This document shows, piece by piece, positions 48,696 to 62,440 of a stretch of DNA of 64,000 nucleotides. The position numbers and the translations under genes are program-made. The notes beneath the pieces were generated by a model. That model was given only the letters and a program-made list of their open reading frames with translations, did no database searches and was not told where the DNA came from. Within the stretch, counting starts at the first letter, position 1. The number at the start of each line of letters is the position of its first letter. The stretch is from NCBI RefSeq assembly GCF_001447785.1, contig NW_015170281.1, positions 269,522 through 333,521 on the forward strand, in the 5' to 3' direction. Origin of the DNA: Gekko japonicus (taxonomy: Eukaryota).

Positions 48696-48980
48696 GGGTG
48701 ATTTCCCACAAGCGCTGCTCCACTCCCACTCTTCTCTTTGCCCCGATGGTATGTGTCAATTTCACACAAGCTGCTGCGTGGCCGCATTTCCCCCCGCAGT
48801 TTTGCACGATTTCCCCCGCGTCTACTCAATCCTGTTTTTTTAGGGTTGAGTAGACGCGGGGGAAATCGCACGAAGCTGCGGGGCAAAATGCAGCCATGCA
48901 GCAGCTTGTGTGAAATTGACACGTACCATCGGGGCAAAAGGGAGAAGTGAGCACGGAGCAGTGCTTGTGGGAAATCACCC
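48696..48980. mobile_element. 285-bp foldback Harbinger-type MITE, TSD TAT
   Basis: ~138-bp inverted arms around an 8-nt loop; tat flanks. Confidence 0.9.
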
Positions 48981-49422
48981 TATATCTCAAAGCCTGCAGT
49001 GTTCAAGGGCCAGTGTATGAGGCAACACTTGGTTGTCTGCTTGAAGTAGTTCACACATAAGAAATTGTACTACACCATGGCAGAAGAAATAAATAATCAC
49101 TAGTAACTTGTATCCACTCAAAGAATCGTAGACACTCAAGTAGACACAGCTGTAGGTAGCATACTTTCAATGTTATTATGTAACAACTATGCAAATGATG
49201 ACTTGTTCAAAATAGTAAATCTTTTGGAGATTAAACAAATTTGTGCGATACCAGGCAGGTGGAAACTTGTACTGCTAGCTATGTTGTTAAAAACATCAGC
49301 AATTATTCAGATAAGGTTACAATTCTGGTAATGTGGCACCCCAAGATTGACATGGCCAAGTCACCTTATATCTGTGCAACTCTAGCAAAGGAGACCTTTC
49401 AGGGTTTAAACTACTCTATCCA

Positions 49423-49886
49423 GGCCCCAGTCACACGGCAAAGTTGCTGTGGGAGAGGCACGGGAGTCCCGCGGATTTTTCGGGCGTGATCACACCCCAA
49501 CATCTGGGAAGCGCAGTGCTCCTGTGGCGAACCCGTAGCTCCCCGCCGAAGGTGCAGATTAAAAAGTTACGAGGTACTAGTTTCTGGAAACCGCGGGCCA
49601 AGGGCGGGTGTCTCATCACGTTTCCGGTGGAGTTCCATGGCATCCGGCACCCATCTCCACAGGTTGTGCAACAGCGCCCAACAGCGCATGCGCACAAAGA
49701 GTGATTGCTAGTGTGATCGCGCAGTGCAGCTTATGTGCTGCGCTGCAGGATACCCGTCTGGTCGGAATCTCCCCCCTAACCACGGGACCTCGACCGGGAC
49801 ATGTGCTCGGGCGGCTGCGCGATAGTTTCCTCGGGGGTAATTAGCCACGCCTCCCCCCGCGATATCCGGCCCGTGTGACCGGGGCC
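49423..49886. mobile_element. CpG-rich Harbinger-like MITE, TSD CCA
   Basis: ggccccagtcacacgg / ccgtgtgaccggggcc. Confidence 0.85.
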
Positions 49887-49889
49887 CCA

Positions 49890-50005
49890 GTGTAGTAGCT
49901 GTGTTGTCTGTTGCAGCAGAAGCAAAAAGGAGACTTGTGGCATCCTGAAGACTAAAAGATTAATTGCAGCAGAAACTTGTGCGCATGGGAGTCTGCTTCA
50001 CCAGC
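49890..50005 (-). mobile_element. Penelope pseudo-LTR remnant
   Basis: tagctgtgttgtctgttgcagc..cttgtggcatcctgaagactaa. Confidence 0.65.
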
Positions 50006-51189
50006 TTTATCTCAGCATACTTTTTACATGAGGCATGGTATAACTTCGCTTACTAGCTGGTTCGCCTACTAGCTCATTTCTTTGGTACACTGGGACTGAA
50101 GAGCATTTGGAAAAGAGAAAGAATAATATCCTCTGTACCTAGATGTGTCTCACCCATTATAGCCCAAATAATCAGGGGTTTGAAGAAATAAGGTTTGCTG
50201 GGCTGGAAACTTGGATGATCTGGTGATCTCATATCCTTGTTTTAGAAAAAAATGCACAAATACACTTTCTTAAAATTATCTCTATTGTATTAAAAAGGAT
50301 GACATGATTATCAAGACAATGATCAAGGATTAGTCAAACAATAATGATTGAATGGATAACAGTTCATTCATTAGAAGCTCCCATTTTCTACAGCTCGGGG
50401 GGGGGGGGACATTTGCTTTTTCAGCTGCTCACTTTAAGTCAAAGCATGCTGTTCAGTGCTTACCCAAACAGGTGGAAATTGGCATTCCAGTAAAGCCTAT
50501 AACTTATCCCAGTGGAGGTGAAAACATTTTCAGGTTCCTGAGGCCTTGTAGTTGGGCAATAAATATTCATTTAACATCCTAACATTGAGAAGAAGAAATT
50601 GGTATGAACACTGAAGTTTCTTTAATAGAACTGACTTTCATTCCACACCAGAAAGAACCCTGAACTAGTACCAATAATGTGGATTTGGCTTCCATTATTT
50701 TTTTCTAAATAGAATTTAGGTTCATCTAAATATAACCTCTATAGAGCTTTCAAATCCCTTTTAAGCATTCACTTTACTATAGAATGAGTAATCTGGACTC
50801 AGCTTCAGTGAACAAATTAAAGTCTTTGCAGTCCTGGGAAGATTTGTGTTTGCCACAAAATTTAAATTTGACAAACAGCCAAAAGACACATCTCCATGCA
50901 ACAGCATTTCCTGAAAAAGGTGTGATATTCAGCAAAGGCATAATTTTATGTCAGTTTTGGAAGAAAGGTTGCTTCTGCTTCCTGACTTAAGGGAAATCCA
51001 TTTCCTGGTACATAAAACCACAACCCCTTGAGCAAAGGGTCTGTTTCCAAATGAAACTCCTTTATACTGAGGTAAACCCTTGGTTTACCAAGATCAATAT
51101 TGTCTATTTTAACTGTCTGTGGCCTTCCAAGGTCTCAGCTAGAGGTTCTTTCCATCACCTATTGCCAGATCCTGTTGAGATGACAGAGA

Positions 51190-51490
51190 TAAGGATGGGC
51201 ACGAATCAGCTCACGAACTGACATTCATGACAAACTTTTGCTGGTTCATGGTTCAGGAGCCGAAGTTTGCGAACTGAAGAGCCATCTAGTCCAGGCAGTT
51301 TGTGGTGGTTCATGAGAGTTCATGAAGAGCAGAAAGCAGGGGTTTAACTGGCTCAGAACAATTTAACACCCTGCCTTCTGCTCTTCCCGATACAGCTGAG
51401 TGGCGGGGAGAAGAAAGCAGGGTGTTAAATGGCTCTGAGCCAGTTAAACCCCTGCTTTCTGCTCCCTGTGAAAAGCACCTGGGGCAGAAA
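51190..51490 (+). mobile_element. Left end of a hAT element, adjoining a minus-strand Squam2-like SINE (~51090-51189)
   Basis: taaggatgggcacgaa TIR; internal hairpin at 51327-51464. Confidence 0.65.
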
Positions 51491-54400
51491 CTTTTGTCTA
51501 GATTGGGTGCTCTTTCTATTTCAGTTCTTGCTTTTATTTTATTATGACCCCACACAGGACACGAAGTTACCTGATGCAACAACCATACCAAAGTGAAGCA
51601 GATCTGGGTCTGTCAGTGCTTGGATGGAAGACCTGGGAAAGCAATCTATACTGCCATAAATTGCAAGAAAGAAAGATGGGGTAATAAACCACCAGTTTAG
51701 GGGCTGCACACCAAGTTTAGGAGGTGTGTACTCTTAAAGGGCATGATTTTCACTATGCTGGAATTTTGGGAGGCTTAATACTGTTTTTGTAATTTTTTTC
51801 AAGCAGTGTTTTTGGGATCAGGAATTTTGGCACCTGAAAATTATACCCTCATTTTAAAGGGTCCTGAAATTAAAAAGAAAAAATTTGGTGTCACGCCCCA
51901 AGGCAGCAAGAATGGAGAGTGAGGAAGGAAGAGAGAGAAAGCACCCCAGCAAACAGTTCATGGGCAGCACATGTGCCCTTGAAATTTTAAAGGCCCATTA
52001 TTTTCTATAGGAAGAAAACCCAGACTGGTGTAACCCCATAGAAAATAATGGTCTTTTAAAATGTAAAGGGTACATGCATTGCCAAACATCTGGCAGTGCT
52101 ATAAATAATGTGCTGTAGACCTGGTGTCTTCAGTCCAAATGTCAGGTCTCCTGTTGATTCGTTTTTCTAATGGTGGGAGACCGGGCCTCTGGAGACCAGG
52201 TCTACTGCCCATTAAAAATAAGGTCTCTTTCAAGTTTAAAGTGACAACATTTTTAATGGAAGGTAGGATTCTGGAGACCAGGTCTACCAACAATTGATAA
52301 CAAAGTATCTTTAAAGGGTCGATATTTTGAATGCCACCATGGGCATTCACTTTAACAGCACTAATGCTTTAAATGGCATTGCCCATGTACTTTGAAGCAC
52401 ATATTAAGCTTTATATACATGTTATGATGAGCATGTGGTAGAAAGAGAACAGGATAAACCATGCTGGCTTCATTTCCAAGTTTCAGACCTCCACACATTT
52501 AATTGAATGTTTGCATAGTCGTCGCACATACAACTGTATGCACATGGGACTCTCGCTGTGCAACTGGGAACCTTGGCAAAACAGGTTTTCCAATCACATG
52601 AGGAGTTTATACATGCAAAGTTATAAATATGATGGCACTATGCTAGCTTTGACTGAACATGTGAATGTTGGGAACAGGAACAACAGGCACAGTCCTGACA
52701 CCCCTCTATATTATCAGTGTAATGTAATGTATACAGGATTTCAGTAGCTATAAAGGCTAGAACTTGCTTTTCATTTTAATAAGAAAAATGAGATTCCTAA
52801 GAAACTAAATGCTACAATCTGCACTTTTCTTGCCATCTTATGGAACTGCAGCAAACAAACAGTCCTGAGAATAACATCCCTCATTTTTTGTTTGTTGTAA
52901 CATGAAGGAACAGTGCTGCTAAATAGCCTTCATTTTGCAGGACAAGAGAGTTTAAAGGGCCTATAGTAGAATGTCCTTTGGATAATTCTACCATCAATGG
53001 ATATTGACTCTGAAGTTTGGCATCCCCATGACTTTATATTGACAAAAATATGAACTAAAGTGTTACAATGGGAACTTTATTGGTTAGCAGATCTTGCTTG
53101 TTATTGCATTGTTATTTCTGTGGATCCAAATGCTAATAAACACTGGCATAGGTTACTATTTATTTATGTAAGTTCAGTGGCCAGTAATTGGAATTCACTT
53201 GCTCACCTATTGTTTTGTTTAAAAAAAATAAAGCAAAACAGGGCACCTATTGTACTTGTAAACTGATAGCCCAGTCGACAGACATTTTCAACACATGTTC
53301 TTCCCCTCCTTCTGATTCTATGATGACAAAGTGATATCAAGGGTGCTGTGAAAGCATTCCCTCCTCACAGCATGAATGTCAGATTCCCCTCTGGTACTTA
53401 CCTTCCCCTTCAGCATTTTTAATGCCCACTGATACACAGCCAAAATGACATCTCTACCTTCCTTGCATCCTTGCAAAAGTGCATTCAACCTCTATCTGAC
53501 TCTTGCTGAGACAATAGATGAAAAGTTGTTTGTTCCTATTGGAATAATTGCAGTATGTCTGGCTTTGTTATCCAAGGTATCAAAGGTACACAGTGAAAAA
53601 GGCAACCACATTTAATTCTCTGATGCGGGGGATACAGTATCTTTCCCCCCTTAGACTGGAATTCTTTTAAATTGTAGAGATGTGTACTTCTTTCTGGCCC
53701 AACCACTGTTCCTTGAGAGCCAGGAAACTGACTTGTGTGACAGTGACCATAAAACTGTAACACGTTGTCAGAAAACTATTCCCACCCTGTCAATCTAAAA
53801 AGTCCTAATTCTATTCATATAATTTCATTAGTATTAGGAATACTTGAACACCCATCAGTCCAGCTCATATCCCATTCACTGGCTGCAAATAGGAAGCTGA
53901 GTTTTTAGCAGCTGTTCAACTGAGCCTATGTGTTGTGTTACTTTTTGTATATTCCAGCAGTACAGTACAGTGCAGCAGGCACTCAGGAAGCCTGATGAGA
54001 GCTCTAGTGCCCCCCTCCCTCACATACCAGTGTCACTATATGTTGCTGTGCTGCCTACTGTATAAATAAATAGTGAGTATATCAGTCAGTTTGCCAGCAA
54101 TTACCAATAAACTCGGGAGGGGGTTGAAGTCTTACCTTTTGGTGTTCAATTAAGTTTATGTTATTAAAGCTACTTCATGGATTAAGTCTTTGCACAGCCT
54201 TATGGAGGGTGTAGTTCCCCTCCCATTTCATTTAATACCCTGACATGCACTTGTCATAACCTTGGGAAGAATTGATTTCACTTACTGAGCAGATGCAAAA
54301 CCACCCACAAGATAAGGAAATGAAACTCCCCTTCCACAGTTAGCATACAGCTGTAAGTGTTTTCCTCTAACTATTTGACTTACATGGCAGTGAGCCAAAT

Positions 54401-56969
54401 GGATCTGAGGCTTGGCTCAAGAGTGATTGTGACTGTCGAACACACTATGTTTTCCTGCCAAACCTATTTGCCACAGAGTTTGTAGCATCCCTGATCCAGG
54501 TGGTGACCCACATAATTCATGATGGGCAGAGGGGGGGGGGCGGGAGAGGAAGAACAGATCTTCTATGCCTCCCATCACTTTCCCCTTCTACTTATCCAGT
54601 ATATAGATTTCCTCTGACATTTTTCTCTGATAACCATCTCCAACCAGATCTCAGTCACTGGAGATAGCAGAGATACCACTGAGCCTTGTGCTAATATGAT
54701 AAAGATTTCTATTGGTTCCTCATTATGGATGGAGTGTGCATAGCCTCTCTCCCCCCTCCCTCTCCCTCCCCATTCTGACCATGTCATCTCTGGCTTTGGT
54801 TCTTTCATAGGCTCTTTGCAACCTTCACATTAACTTCAAGTTTTTACTTTAAAAACTCTTCAAGCCAACTCTCAGTCTCCCTTTAACAATAAATACCATT
54901 GCTGCAATTCTTCATAAACTCCTTTACAATCAGGCCCTTTGTCTCTTTCCCCCATTCCCTTCTCTATGCCTTTTTCACATACTGCTTCCTGCACCAGGGA
55001 AATATCTCCTTTCCTATTCGTTACGCTGCCTCTTTCTACCACCCTTCTTTTCAAGTCAAATCTATGGCAGCAAAGCATTTTGGCAGTCATTGCAAGGCTA
55101 CCTTATTTGTTTCTGCACTTGCCATCACACTTGCTTGTTCCCAATCCACCACATTCATATGTCAATTTACCCATCCCTGTCCCATCCATCTATGTAATCC
55201 TGTGTGACATTAATGTACAGTACCTAGGGCTCTGTAAACACCAAACAATAGTTTCTGCAGTAGTTATATACCAGGAAAAAAAGTCTCAGGTAGCAATTCC
55301 ACTTCCCTGCTCAGTCCGTAACATATACTTCTGTTGGCTGATGTATTCTCTAGTAACTATGTTCAGATAAAGTAAAGACACTTAAGCTTAGGAACTATGA
55401 GACAGAGCCTAACAAGTTTCACCCAAGCCCACTGAACTCTTCACAGGATAGTGTTGTGTGTCACCTTACAGGATTTTCTATAATAGACAAATATGATTTA
55501 TTGAGTGCTTTTTAAAAAAAAAAAATGTGAGGGAAAAGGGAGCTGTGTTGTATGCCTATGTGAAAGTGATCAATTTGAAAAGATTCATTTTGGGGGGAAA
55601 TAGCATGCCAACAGTTCTCTTGTTTGTAATACTGATCCTGGTGTATGTTCTAATAAAAGGAGGAAATTGAAAACATTAGCTCTAGGGCACCCATCGCCCT
55701 AGAAGGACTGGGGGTTAATAGTGAAATACTGTCTTCCTAAACCCACTGACTTCAAGGAGGATGTAACTATGCATAGGATGTACTGCATGTCCCCTATGCA
55801 CCAAAGCTTCAAATGTCTAAAAGTGACAATAGATATGGAGCTCTTTTTAAAAAACCAGTCAGGTAGGATGTCTATCTCAGCTCTTTGAAACTGAAATTCT
55901 TCTTGAATCTGCATTAATCATGGCAGGTGATGCTCTTCAGCAATCAGGTTCACAGGTTGGATTCCTATCAGGGAAAGTGGAGATATTTTAAAGTAAAAGT
56001 GCTGCCAAGTATAACCAGAATTACTCCATTTGGTAGCATTTACTTAAAAATGTTCCATCTTCTTTTCCCAGTATTGCTTATGCATTGGGGCATCTAGCAT
56101 GATGACATGAAGTTTTCACCTAGTAAGCACTGTGGATGTTGTCTGAGGCAAGCAAGTGACAAAAAGAATATCTGTGGAACATTGATAGGCCCTGAACAAC
56201 TTTATATGGGTCAGAGGAAAGTAAAAAATGAGAAACTGGGATATTATTATTTGTGTGTGTGTGCATGCTATTGTTGTATTCTGTCAAGTGTTTTTTGTAA
56301 TAGAATTTTACTTGCTGGCATTCAACAGGGGAAAAAGATTACTGCATTTCACTGGCATTACAAAGAAGGTGAAATTTCCATGGACATTAGTTCTATTATT
56401 TAATAAAAAAACACTTTATGTGTAAATATATTCTTGTCTATAAGAGAACTCTAGTTTGTTGGGTATTTTGTACTGAGGGATTGCCTGTAAAATACTCTTG
56501 CCTTGGACATATATTATAATAATTTGCATCTGCATGGAGTTTATTTTATTTCCAGATTATATTTCAATACCTCTTCTCAGCAAAAAAAGGTTCCCAAACT
56601 GGCTAACAAAATTAAAAAGCCAATAGAAATGGCAGTTAAATTCTACTCAAATGTTCTTCAGGGAGGAGATTCTCAACTGAGTTGGCTATAAACAGTGTGT
56701 GTGTGGGGGGGCATAGCTGCCTTCCATCCTTCCAATGGCCTCAATTCTGGCAGTTGAAAACTTGGAGCAGTGACTGTCAAATGGAACAGTGTTGCTGGAG
56801 TAGACCAGTTCTTTTCTGTCTTTCGTTCTGACAGCTTTATCAATGGTAGTGAGAGGCTAGAAGATTTACTGATGTGATGTTAATGCTAACTATGGCTTGT
56901 ATAAACCACTGCTTGAGAAGATAACTTCTGACTATGATGCAAAGATTTGATTTGGTACTACTTACAGTT

Positions 56970-57060
56970 AGGGAGCAATCCTAAGCAGGTCAGCTCAGAG
57001 GTAAGTGCAATGTTATTCAATATGCCTTGCTCCGAGAAAGGTGTCCTTAGGATTGTAGCC
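56970..57060. mobile_element. ~90-bp palindromic Harbinger-type MITE
   Basis: caatcctaag / cttaggattg. Confidence 0.65.
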
Positions 57061-57312
57061 ATACCATACCATTTGTGATAGTGTACAATTTGTGTACAGA
57101 AATGCAGAGTAGGAATACTATTGAATTTTGTACCCTTACCCAGTATTTAACAAGTTTCATGCAGGTTTTGCTTCTTCCTTGAGCAAAGCAAATCCATCAG
57201 TCTGTATTTTTGCATCATATTTTGTTTCCTTGTGCCAAATTCTTCCCAGTAGATTTTTGCAACATTTTTGCATCAGATGTACTATGTGGGGGACTACATG
57301 ATATATAATATA

Positions 57313-57402
57313 CTAGCAGTAAAGCCCGTTGTGAAAGCAATACAACGAGATCTAGAAAGATGTGTTTTGTAACGAATGCATAGGCTGGAAGGAGGTAAAG
57401 TA
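57313..57402 (-). mobile_element. Helitron-like 3' terminus
   Basis: Hairpin cgttgtg.aaagcaa.tacaacg and CTAG|T on the minus strand; ~90 bp shared with 2916. Confidence 0.7.
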
Positions 57403-57404
57403 CC

Positions 57405-57800
57405 TCCTGGAGATTTGGGGGGTGGATTCTGTAGAGGGCAGCATTGGGGGGGGGGGTGGAAGGACTCAGCAGGTATAATGTCATAGGGTCTACCCTCCAA
57501 AGCAGCCATTTTCTCCAGGGGAACTGATCTCTGTCATCTGGAGATCAATTGTAACAGCGGGAGATCTCCAGGTCCCACTTGGAGATTGGCAACCCTAGGG
57601 GAAAGGCAGCTGCACAGCAGGGGGTTGAAGAGAATGGTTTGATGGCTGCTGGGCCAAGACTGGCAACAATAGTTCCCCAGGAGCAAATGGCTGGTTCGGA
57701 GGGTGGAGTCTATGGCGCTGTACCTGTCTGAGGTCCCCCTCTCCAGGCTCCACTCCTCAAATCTCCAGGTATTTCCATACCTAAAGCTGGCAACTTTATC
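57405..57800. mobile_element. Two partial hAT MITE copies in opposite orientation
   Basis: Family body; tggcaacccta near 57588-57598. Confidence 0.7.
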
Positions 57801-57969
57801 TCCTCCCCTCTCAGCAGCCTCTTTGTAGGCAAAATTCTGTCTTTCTCATTAGCAGGGAGCAAAGCAGCTTACTTCATTCTCTTTGGCTTTGCGATCTGTA
57901 CAGCAACACTGTAAGGTAGGTTAGGCAGAAAGTCTGTGGCTGGTCCGAACTCACCCAGTCAGCTTCCAT

Positions 57970-58940
57970 NNNNNNNNNNNNNNNNNNNNNNNNNNNNNNN
58001 NNNNNNNNNNNNNNNNNNNNNNNNNNNNNNNNNNNNNNNNNNNNNNNNNNNNNNNNNNNNNNNNNNNNNNNNNNNNNNNNNNNNNNNNNNNNNNNNNNNN
58101 NNNNNNNNNNNNNNNNNNNNNNNNNNNNNNNNNNNNNNNNNNNNNNNNNNNNNNNNNNNNNNNNNNNNNNNNNNNNNNNNNNNNNNNNNNNNNNNNNNNN
58201 NNNNNNNNNNNNNNNNNNNNNNNNNNNNNNNNNNNNNNNNNNNNNNNNNNNNNNNNNNNNNNNNNNNNNNNNNNNNNNNNNNNNNNNNNNNNNNNNNNNN
58301 NNNNNNNNNNNNNNNNNNNNNNNNNNNNNNNNNNNNNNNNNNNNNNNNNNNNNNNNNNNNNNNNNNNNNNNNNNNNNNNNNNNNNNNNNNNNNNNNNNNN
58401 NNNNNNNNNNNNNNNNNNNNNNNNNNNNNNNNNNNNNNNNNNNNNNNNNNNNNNNNNNNNNNNNNNNNNNNNNNNNNNNNNNNNNNNNNNNNNNNNNNNN
58501 NNNNNNNNNNNNNNNNNNNNNNNNNNNNNNNNNNNNNNNNNNNNNNNNNNNNNNNNNNNNNNNNNNNNNNNNNNNNNNNNNNNNNNNNNNNNNNNNNNNN
58601 NNNNNNNNNNNNNNNNNNNNNNNNNNNNNNNNNNNNNNNNNNNNNNNNNNNNNNNNNNNNNNNNNNNNNNNNNNNNNNNNNNNNNNNNNNNNNNNNNNNN
58701 NNNNNNNNNNNNNNNNNNNNNNNNNNNNNNNNNNNNNNNNNNNNNNNNNNNNNNNNNNNNNNNNNNNNNNNNNNNNNNNNNNNNNNNNNNNNNNNNNNNN
58801 NNNNNNNNNNNNNNNNNNNNNNNNNNNNNNNNNNNNNNNNNNNNNNNNNNNNNNNNNNNNNNNNNNNNNNNNNNNNNNNNNNNNNNNNNNNNNNNNNNNN
58901 NNNNNNNNNNNNNNNNNNNNNNNNNNNNNNNNNNNNNNNN
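57970..58940. other. Assembly gap (971 N)
   Basis: Direct. Confidence 1.
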
Positions 58941-59233
58941 NAGGAGGAGGAGGAGGAGGAGGAGGAGGAGGAGATTGGATTTATACCCCGCCCTTCACTA
59001 CCCAAAGGAGTCTTACAGCGGTTTACAAACTCCTTTCCCTTCCCCTCTCCATAATAGACACCCTGTGAGGTAGGTGGGGCTGAGAGAGCTCTTGACAGAA
59101 ACTGCTCTTTTTCAAGAATAGCTCTTATCAGAACTACGGCTTGCCCAAGGTCATCCAGCCAGGTGCAAGTGGAGAAGTGGGGAATCAAACCCGGTTCTCC
59201 AGATTAGAGTCTGCGCATGCAACCACTACACCA
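58941..59233 (-). mobile_element. Squam3-like SINE with (CCT)n tail abutting the gap
   Basis: Family body. Confidence 0.85.
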
Positions 59234-61576
59234 ATCTGAAGAAACTTAATTGGGAACACTGCCAGTGCAAATGGGTGAAACAAAAAGATTCACAACAACA
59301 TAAAAAAACAAGAAAAGAAAATTTCCTTCTTATATATTCATTAAGCATATAAGATAATCTGAAGAATTTTGGGACATTTGGTAGCCTGATAAGCAACATA
59401 GTGTATTACATGCTACCTGTTTAACATTCATCTTGACCATGAAGTCATTAGTCAGGCTCTGCAATGTATCTTCTCTGAACAATAAAATCATTTCTGACAG
59501 AGCACTGAAGTATAGAGTTGAAAGATAATCACTCTCCCTGAAGACGAGATAAATGGCTCTGCATTACCTATAATTAAGAAAACAAATTTATTTCAAGGAA
59601 TGTTTATTTCACACAACCTAAAGTGTCAGGCCATAATTGCAATGGTACCTTTTCTGGGATCACCATTAGAAAGAAATTAATTCCATTTGCAAGGTACTTG
59701 AAGGCAATAGTTGGAATCTCTACTCAAATTTCTACAAGGTGATGACATTTTCAGACCACTGTTTCCCTAGTTATTAATAGTTAATCTGTTCTGTTTCTTA
59801 CCCACAAAGCAGCCAATTTAATTTCAGCTGAAACCACAAAGCTATGCCTATATGATGTTTATAGAATGAAGTTACAGTTTTCAACCATGCACTTGTGTAA
59901 CAGATTAATTGGTTGTAAATATCAAAGAATGCAATGACAGGTGCTCAGGATGAAGAAGAGAGTCATAGGATATGAATGGTAATAAACTGCAAAAGCTACA
60001 TTGTGTCCAATGGCAAAATTTTACAAGTGTCCCTTTTTTAAAAAAGGGTATCATTACTGGTGTGAAAGCATGCCTTAAGGATTGTATGTACAGGAAGTCA
60101 CTGTGTTCTCATATGAAGGAAGACTGTTGTGGAGCTTCAAGAGGTAACTGCTTATTTCCAAACTTGTTCCAGAAGCTTCTATAGGTATTTATTCTGGATG
60201 TAGAACTGCTCCACATTTTTGTGAAGGTACATAAGTCAAGGCTCCTTAGAACTTACACCTGTGGCTTGGAAATCTGTTATGTACAGCAGCCTGCCATGGG
60301 GACATGGTAATGTGTTTAAAACATCAGTTAAAAAAGAAGTCAAAATGATTGCTAAAAATATATGACCAAGTTCCTACCAACAAGATTACAAACTGATAGC
60401 TAAACTGGCTATGTGACAACCATTTTATTGAAGTCAGACAACAATATGACTTCCAGCATAGATTTCTCATCTAGATTATTAGTATTTTTATTATAGTTGG
60501 AAGTAACAATGAACTCATCCTCATGTCTCCAAATTATGAGATACATTTAATATTGTCCCAGTCTTGACCGGGAGCTCCCGGGCCCAGCAGGAGACGGAGG
60601 GAACCCACTCGCCAGCCAGCTAACCGTACTCACCCGGAGGATCAGGGAAAGGGGCAAGGAGCTTGGAGGAGGGCCGAACGCATGAGAGGTAGCTGCGAAG
60701 GGGTGAACACACAACACTGATGACAAAAAAGGCAGCAGGAAACAAAATTCAAAATCAGGAATTCCTCACTGGAAAACTGAGTTCAGATCTGAAGGGAAAA
60801 AAGCACAGAAAAAGTGGATTCGGAAAATGCGGGGTAACGGGGCACTAAATTCAGATCTATTCCCGGGGAGGCAAAAAGTTGGGCAGAAAGTTTTATGAAC
60901 TTTTATTATTTAAGAACGCTGATGCGGTATTTTGAACTTGTGTGGAAATGGTGAGAATCCCCAGATAAAATTCAACAACTGAACCACTGCATTATCAGCT
61001 GCCTCAAGCTGCTCTCTAAAGAGGCAGCATATACATTTCATAATAAATAACTACCGATTAGTAGCATTAAAGGACTGTGATCCAATCCATCTTATTTTTT
61101 ATGTAACATGAAAAACATCAGTCCCTGTAAATATTTCTTCTAACCCCAGGAAGACAAACATTTTGAAGCTGAATCTCCAAATCACCAAGTCATATGTACT
61201 ATCTCACATCCCAAGTTTTTTAAAAAGGAGTAAAAAAAGAGGCAGATTCATAATTATGTTTTTATACTAAAAAGTGGTATCATTTTTGTAGAGTGGCTGC
61301 CTTCTGAGCACAGACTCCCACATACATCTCTGTGCCAAAAAAATTCAGCATAAATATTATACACCAATGGCAGTAACAAAAATACTGTTACCTGTACAGA
61401 AAATTTCCTTAACTTCAGCACTACATGACTACATTTTGCTGAGGAATTGCCTCAGGTACCAAGTATCTAAAAATGGTGGTAGACATTTCTGGGATCCCAG
61501 CCCAGAGTATATAGCTTCCTCTTTCCTTTCTCTTCTCATTTTTCTATTCATTGCCTTTATCTACCCTTCATTGCTG

Positions 61577-61862
61577 GAAGAGGTGGAGGAGGAGGAGGAG
61601 GAGGAGGAGATTGGCTTTATCCCTTGCCCTTCCCTCAGCGTCTCAGAGCGCCTTACAGACTCCTTTCCCTTCCCCTCCCCACAACAGACACCCTGTGAGG
61701 TAGGTGGGGCTGAGAGAGCTCTTGACAGAACTGCCCTTTCAAGGACAGCTCTTGTCAGAACTATGGCTTGCCCAAGGCCATCCAGAAGCTGCAAGTGGAG
61801 GAGTGGGAAATCAAACCCGGTTCTCCCAGATTAGAGTCCACACACTTAACCACTACACCAAA
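61577..61862 (-). mobile_element. Squam3-like SINE with (CCT)n tail
   Basis: Family body. Confidence 0.85.
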
Positions 61863-61894
61863 GAGGCAATCTCCTGTTTCTCAATGTCAGGTGC

Positions 61895-62235
61895 CAGAGG
61901 TCATTTCAGGGGGGAACGCGGGGGAACACAGTTCCCCCGGGTGAGGTGCAGGGGGCGGGGCACATGACGAAGCCTCGCCCCCTGCTTCCGGCCGCCCCGC
62001 TTCCAGCCCTTATTCAGCCAGGAGGAGGCAGGAGAAGAGGGAGGGTAAGTTGCTTCCTCCTCACCTCTCCCCACCCCTGCCTGCCTGGGGCCAGGGAGGG
62101 CCTTGGCAGGGCTTCCTCGCACTCCCGCTGGCCTTGCAGGTCCACCGCCAGGCCCCTGATGTCAGGGGGTGTGGCATATGCTAATGAGTTATGCTAATGA
62201 GTTCCCCTAGCTCTTTTTCTATGAAATGACCCCTG
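61895..62235 (-). mobile_element. hAT MITE of the 45003 family, TSD tcaggtgc / tcaggcgc
   Basis: cagaggtcatttc / gaaatgacccctg. Confidence 0.88.
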
Positions 62236-62440
62236 TCAGGCGCACATGGAGGAGGAAGGAGAACATGGTTCTATTGTACTCTGTTTAGCCCACTGCCACA
62301 GGTTCTGTCAGGAGATGGACCAAAGTCAGCAAAGCCCCCCTTCCTAGAGCATAGGATTTCACCGGTGCCCAGTAAGGCTGACCCTTGATGCTGACCCTTC
62401 ATATTCTTAATGAGTCAATTCCCTGCATCCTATATTTAGA

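Noticed and set aside
54130-54242. Possible minus-strand exon ending at a GTAAG donor
   Set aside because: Stops in all three frames.
57936-59188. 372-aa and 409-aa ORFs (also the ORFs at 45912-46150)
   Set aside because: They run through N gaps and SINE tails.
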